Positions 59,307 to 64,000 of a stretch of 64,000 nucleotides of DNA are shown here, in pieces; the first letter of the stretch is position 1; each line of letters opens with the position of its first letter. The notes beneath the pieces were generated by a model. That model was given only the letters and a program-made list of their open reading frames with translations. It was not told the origin of the DNA and ran no database searches. Origin of the DNA: an uncultured Candidatus Rokubacteria bacterium (lineage in GTDB: Bacteria; Methylomirabilota; Methylomirabilia; Rokubacteriales; DASRDR01); contig CAWGVS010000002.1 of NCBI GenBank assembly GCA_963826115.1, positions 32,001 to 96,000 of the forward strand, in the 5' to 3' direction. Both the position numbers and the translations under genes were made by a program.

Positions 59307-61112
59307 TTGGCGACGAATCCGACCGGAGCCGGACGAGAGCCTGGTGCCGACGTGCAGCCGCTCGCGCGGAGGCAAGCCCCGGATCGCGTCGGCCCCTTCC
59401 GGCGGGGCGCCCATGCGCCCTTGGCGATTCGCTGGTTCGGCTCGACCGCCCTGACCGGCCACCTCCGACACCTGGTGGCGGTGGCCGCCGCGAGCAATCA
59501 GCTCGACCTGCGAGACTGGATGCGCCCGGAGGACGGGACCGCGCTGCTCGGCCGGGTGGGCAGCGTCCTGGGCGCCGCGGCGTCCGGCGCCAGCCTGGCC
59601 GAGCGCCTGGGTCGGGAGGTGTGGATCGACTTCGTGGCCGACACCGGTGACGACTACGACGTGAGCGCCGCGGTGGCGCGCATGCTGTTCGCCGAGTACG
59701 CGCTGTCGGAGGACCAGCGCGCCCTGCCTCGCGGCGACCTCCTGGTGTTTGGCGGCGACACTGCGTATCCGGCAGCCTCCGCACACGAGATCGAGCGCCG
59801 GCTGCTCCGGCCCTGGAACCTCGCCCTGCGCCACCGGGCGGATGGCCGCCCTCGTGTCCTGCTCGGGATCCCGGGCAACCACGACTGGTACGACGGCCTC
59901 GACGGTTTCGGGCGCCTCTTCCGGCGGAGCGCGACCGGCGGGCTCGCCCCCCCGGCCAGCGCCGTGGCCACCGCCGGAGAGGTGGACGATTCCTCCGCGG
60001 GGCGGACCGAGGGCGCGATCAAGCGGCAGCTGCACGTCGACGAGCTCGCGGAGTCGCTGCGCATGGCCGAAGAGGCGATCGAGTCCCTCGCGGCCCTCCT
60101 GGGCCGCTCGATGGTCCGACGAGCGGGCCGGCTCACCCTCGCGGGGTACACCGCCGTCCAGGAAGCGTCCTACTGGGCGCTGCCGCTCGCGCCGGGCCTG
60201 GACCTCTGGGGCGTCGACCGCCAGCTCCGCGGGGCGGACTTCCGGCAGCGGCTCTTCTTCGCCCAGCGGCGCGCCGAGGCCCATCCCGGGAAGATCGCCT
60301 TCGTGGCCCCCGATCCGGCCCTCGCGTACGGCGAGCCCAACCCGCCGGGCAAGAAGCTGCTCGAGGCCTGCGGCCTCGGACTGGACACGGCCCGACTCTG
60401 CTACCTGACCGCGGACTACCATCACTACGAACGCCACACGGTGGGGAACTCGCTGCACGTCGTCGCGGGCGGCGGCGGCGCGTTCCTCCACGGCACCCGG
60501 ATCGACCCGAGCCCGCCCGAGGCGCGACCTGACTGCGTCTATCCTGACGGACCCACCAGCCTCCGCCTCCTCCTCGGCATGCCGCTGAAGCTCGCGGCCG
60601 GGACGGCCGGCTTTCTCCCGCACATCACGTTCGGCCTGCTCGCCGCGCTCGAGATCTGGGCGGTGCGGCGCGGGCCGATCGCCGGCGCCCTGGTCGCGAG
60701 CGTCGTGACCCTGGTCGCCATCTTCTGCCTGAGCCTTGCGGTGCAGGCGCGCCTCGAGCGTCCCCGCGCGACCTGGGCCGCGGCGTCCCTGTTCGGGCTG
60801 ATCCTCGGGCTCGCCCCGCTGGGACTGCACCGGTTCCTGCCTCGCGTGGTGCCGTGGCTGGGCGACCTCGTGCCGGTGGCGCTCGGACAGGCCTTCCTCG
60901 GAAGCCTCGTCCTGGGGGTGTTCCTCCTCACGCTGGCCCTCACCGGGCTCGAGCGCCAGCAGGGATTCGCCGCCCTGGGTCATCCGGGCTTCCGACACTT
61001 CGTCCGCCTCTGCGTCCATCCCGGAGGCCGGATCGAGGGATTCGTCATCGGCAAGGACGACCCGCTGGGCAAGGATCCGCCCGTCCTGATCGATCGGTTC
61101 GTCTGGGATTGA
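59307..61112 (+). CDS. calcineurin-like metallophosphoesterase with C-terminal TM helices
   Basis: DFVADTGD, GGDTAYP, IPGNHDWYDGL, DYHHYER, GGGGAFLH.T. Start uncertain. Confidence 0.8.
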   Translation: MATNPTGAGREPGADVQPLARRQAPDRVGPFRRGAHAPLAIRWFGSTALTGHLRHLVAVAAASNQLDLRDWMRPEDGTALLGRVGSVLGAAASGASLAERLGREVWIDFVADTGDDYDVSAAVARMLFAEYALSEDQRALPRGDLLVFGGDTAYPAASAHEIERRLLRPWNLALRHRADGRPRVLLGIPGNHDWYDGLDGFGRLFRRSATGGLAPPASAVATAGEVDDSSAGRTEGAIKRQLHVDELAESLRMAEEAIESLAALLGRSMVRRAGRLTLAGYTAVQEASYWALPLAPGLDLWGVDRQLRGADFRQRLFFAQRRAEAHPGKIAFVAPDPALAYGEPNPPGKKLLEACGLGLDTARLCYLTADYHHYERHTVGNSLHVVAGGGGAFLHGTRIDPSPPEARPDCVYPDGPTSLRLLLGMPLKLAAGTAGFLPHITFGLLAALEIWAVRRGPIAGALVASVVTLVAIFCLSLAVQARLERPRATWAAASLFGLILGLAPLGLHRFLPRVVPWLGDLVPVALGQAFLGSLVLGVFLLTLALTGLERQQGFAALGHPGFRHFVRLCVHPGGRIEGFVIGKDDPLGKDPPVLIDRFVWD

Positions 61113-61155
61113 GCGCGCGCCACACTCGCCCGCACCCCATGCTCCGGGAGGACCG

Positions 61156-61377
61156 ATGCGCTACGTCTACCTGGTGGTGATCCTGCTCCTGACGGCCGCC
61201 GTGCTCGTCTTCACGTTCCAGAACCTCGCGTCGGTGACCGTCGCGTTCTGGAACATCCGCGCCACCCTGCCGATCGCGCTGCTCGTCCTCACCGTGTACG
61301 TCTTCGGCATGCTCACGGGCGGGGCGCTGTGGGGACTGGTTCGCGCGTCGTACCGCGGGGCATTCGACCGCCGATAG
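61156..61377 (+). CDS. LapA/DUF1049-like small membrane protein
   Basis: TM-FQNL.SVTV.F...PIALL-TM pattern; GGAGG RBS. Confidence 0.75.
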   Translation: MRYVYLVVILLLTAAVLVFTFQNLASVTVAFWNIRATLPIALLVLTVYVFGMLTGGALWGLVRASYRGAFDRR

Positions 61378-61466
61378 CCGCCCTCGGCGGCGTCCGCCCC
61401 CACCGGCTCCGACGTCACGGCTCGCAGCTTGGCAGTCCGCGGACGAGGGCTTATGCTCGAATCGTA

Positions 61467-62327
61467 GTGACACGACCGGCCATCCTGATCTCCGTCCTGA
61501 CGCTGGCGCTCCTCGTCGCGCCTGTGCTCGCGTCGGCCGGACCGGCCACGCCGAACCCGATGTGCCCGCACCTCGACACCTGGAACCCGAAAGGCATCAA
61601 GGGCCCGAACAAGGTCGACATGCTGATCGTGAAGTTCCCCGCGGGGAGCGCGTCCCAGCGCGGGGGCTCCTGCTCCGTCCTGGTCGACGCCTCCTACGAG
61701 CGAGAGCGCGAGCGGTCGTACTCGTTCATGTCCGCCGGCCAGTTCCTGGTCAACGAGCGGTTCAGCCGGTCGTCGGACCGCGACTCGGCCGTCTCGGGGA
61801 CGCGCGCGTTCTTCCTCTTCCCGCGCCCGCGGTGGTTGAAGCTCGAGCCGCAGGCGCGCGGCGGCGTGGTCACGGTCCGTCTGGACCCCGTGCGCGTGGT
61901 CGAGGTCGGCCGGTCGGGGTACATCAGCCGCATGACCGGCGCGGTCCTCGAGGAGGCGCCGGCGATCACGGCGCTGACCCAGGGCGGCGTCGTCTTCAAG
62001 CGCTTCGAGGGCGTGGTGCTGGACGCGGGCTGGGGGCGCGGGGAGGTGGCCTTCCGGAAGTTCCCGGACGCGGAGTCCACCTTCACGGACCGGGGCGGGC
62101 GCACCTGCAGCGCGCCCAACCGGGAGGTCTTCAGCTACGAGGACCGGCTCCATCCCGTGCTGGCGCACGGGAGCGACGCCGAGCTCGCGCGGTTCCTGAC
62201 GGCGCGCTGCGGACCGGAGTTCGACGTCGCGCCGCTCCGCGCGGGCCCGCGGCGGGCCGACATCTCGGTCCTCGAGCCGCCGAGCACGGTCCCGCCCCCG
62301 CCCCGGCGGCCCCAGCCGCCCCGCTAA
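61467..62327 (+). CDS. secreted hypothetical protein
   Basis: N-terminal signal peptide (ILISVLTLALLVAPVLASA), coding-like codon usage, Pro-rich tail. Confidence 0.6.
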   Translation: MTRPAILISVLTLALLVAPVLASAGPATPNPMCPHLDTWNPKGIKGPNKVDMLIVKFPAGSASQRGGSCSVLVDASYERERERSYSFMSAGQFLVNERFSRSSDRDSAVSGTRAFFLFPRPRWLKLEPQARGGVVTVRLDPVRVVEVGRSGYISRMTGAVLEEAPAITALTQGGVVFKRFEGVVLDAGWGRGEVAFRKFPDAESTFTDRGGRTCSAPNREVFSYEDRLHPVLAHGSDAELARFLTARCGPEFDVAPLRAGPRRADISVLEPPSTVPPPPRRPQPPR

Positions 62328-62329
62328 GC

Positions 62330-63904
62330 TCAGGCGCGCGCCGGCCGGAGCGCGCGGCCCGGCAGGGCCGGCGTCCGCTGACCGTCGAGCAGCACGGGCT
62401 CCCCGTTCACGAGGACGTGGTCCACACCGGCCGCGGGCTGGCGCCCGTCGGCGTAGGTCGCGCGGTCGCCCACCCGGTCGGCGTCGAAGACCAGGAGATC
62501 GGCCGCCATCCCGGGCCGGATCAGGCCGCGGTCGGCGAGCCCGAGCCGCCGCGCCGGGTGGGCCGCCAGGTGCTGGACGGCCTCCTCGAGGGTCCAGGTG
62601 CGCGCCTCCCGCACGTAGTGGCCGAGGTAGCGTCCGAAGCAGCCCCAGCCGCGCGGGTGGGGCCGGCCCCCCGCGAAGATGCCGTCGCTCCCGCCCATCA
62701 TCGCCGGGTGGCGCATCAGCGCCGTCACGTCGGCCTCGGCCCGCTGCTGGTGGGCCACGACGCATCCGACGGCCAGCGACGAGGCGACGAGCACGTCGCA
62801 GACGAAGTCGACGATGGCCTCCGGACCGCCCCGGCCGGCCGCGCGGCGCGCGGCCTCGGCGAGCGTCAGACCCTCGTAGGCCCGGTAGGCCGGCGCCTCG
62901 ACGTAGCTCAGGCGCACGTCGTCGAGTGGGCCGCGGGGCCCGGCGAATCCCTCCGCCCGCAGCCGGGCGCGGACCGCGGGATCGGCGAGCCGGGCGAGCG
63001 TCGCGTCGGCCCCGCCCTCCTGGACCCAGGGCGGCAGCGCGATCATCCCGAGGATCGTCGAGCCGGCGAGATAGCCGTACAGATCGAAGGCCACGTCGAG
63101 CCCGCTCGCGCGCGCCCGGTCCAGGTGGGGGAGCACCAGGTCGGCCTGGCTGTTGAAGTGCGAGATGAGGGCGGCGATGCCGGCCTCCCGCGCGATCTGG
63201 AACACCTCGTCCATCGCGCCGATGACGTTGCTGGGCGTGTAGCCGCGCATGTGGGTCACGTACACCCCGCCGAACGGCGCCAGCTCCCGGCAGAGCTCGG
63301 CGAGCTCCGCCGTCTGCGCGTAGCGGCTCGGGATGTAGTCGAGCCCGCTCGACAGGCCGACCGCGCCCTCCTCCATCGCCTGGCGGACGATACCGCGCAT
63401 GCGCGCGAGCTCGTCCCGGCTCGGCGGGCGGGTCTCGAGGCCCATGACGTCCATGCGAACGTTCCCGTTGGGGATCAGGCACGCGACGTTCACCGCCGCG
63501 CGGCGGTCGAAGCGCGCGAGGTACTCCGCCATCGTCGACCAGGTGCCCGGCACCTCGAACCGCCCGCTGAAGCCCGCGGTGTAGCGCCGCATGTACGCGA
63601 GGGTCGCGGGGGAGGCCGGCGCCATCGCGACGCCGTCCTGACCCAGGAGATATGTCGTCACGCCCTGCCGGATGGCGGCCTCGTGGAGCGGGTCCGCGAG
63701 CAACGCCAGGTCGGCGTGGACGTGCGTGTCGACGAAGCCCGGCGCGACCACGCGGTCGCGGACGTCGAGCCGCCGCCGCGCCTCGGCCGCGCCGAGCGCG
63801 CCGACGGCCGCGATCCGATCGCCCCGGATGCCCACGTCCGCGCGAAACCACGGGCTGCCGGTGCCGTCCACCACGCGCCCGCCTGCCAGCACGAGATCGA
63901 ACAT
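62330..63904 (-). CDS. N-acyl-D-amino-acid deacylase (D-aminoacylase)
   Basis: GGRVVDGTG, APGFVDTHVH, QGVTT, GLSSGLDY.P, GSDG, PHPRGWG.F. Confidence 0.92.
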   Translation of the reverse strand: MFDLVLAGGRVVDGTGSPWFRADVGIRGDRIAAVGALGAAEARRRLDVRDRVVAPGFVDTHVHADLALLADPLHEAAIRQGVTTYLLGQDGVAMAPASPATLAYMRRYTAGFSGRFEVPGTWSTMAEYLARFDRRAAVNVACLIPNGNVRMDVMGLETRPPSRDELARMRGIVRQAMEEGAVGLSSGLDYIPSRYAQTAELAELCRELAPFGGVYVTHMRGYTPSNVIGAMDEVFQIAREAGIAALISHFNSQADLVLPHLDRARASGLDVAFDLYGYLAGSTILGMIALPPWVQEGGADATLARLADPAVRARLRAEGFAGPRGPLDDVRLSYVEAPAYRAYEGLTLAEAARRAAGRGGPEAIVDFVCDVLVASSLAVGCVVAHQQRAEADVTALMRHPAMMGGSDGIFAGGRPHPRGWGCFGRYLGHYVREARTWTLEEAVQHLAAHPARRLGLADRGLIRPGMAADLLVFDADRVGDRATYADGRQPAAGVDHVLVNGEPVLLDGQRTPALPGRALRPARA

Positions 63905-63916
63905 TGGCGCTCCTCG

Positions 63917-64000
63917 TCAGTCCTTCGCGGTCACGCCCAGGCGGGCGAAGAAGTCGTTCCCCTTGTCGTCGACGACGATGAAGGCCGGGAAGTCTTCCAC
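63917..64000 (-). CDS. class I fumarate hydratase, C-terminal end only
   Basis: VEDFPAFIVVDDKGNDFF is the conserved class I fumarase C-terminus. Confidence 0.85.
   Translation of the reverse strand: MEDFPAFIVVDDKGNDFFARLGVTAKD

Overview
Very GC-rich bacterial DNA; the gene content suggests Rokubacteria/Methylomirabilota, but that is inference only. The left half is a tRNA-Asp(GUC) integration hub (tRNA on the minus strand, 15576-15653). On the tRNA 3' side lies an integrative element with a UvrD helicase, a Cas4/AddB-like nuclease, an HTH excisionase and an intact tyrosine integrase. A ~10.3 kb cassette (SNF2 helicase, Mre11/SbcD-like nuclease, SMC-like ATPase, J-domain/beta-propeller protein; a candidate anti-phage system) separates that integrase from the tRNA and is flanked by a ~220 bp duplication of the integrase 3' end. 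On the tRNA 5' side is a ~12.5 kb integrase-less island bounded by a 43 bp duplication of the tRNA 5' half. It supplies a replacement tRNA promoter and carries BrnTA plus a sigma54 regulon. The right half looks mostly chromosomal: arylsulfatase cluster, SNF2-SWIM pair, HEAT/HD-GYP/adenylate-cyclase-STAND trio, TRAP/MFS transport, and an operon ending in a stand-alone alanyl-tRNA-synthetase catalytic-core paralog. Five single-indel frameshifts in otherwise intact genes probably reflect assembly errors. All calls come from motif recognition by eye; no searches were run.
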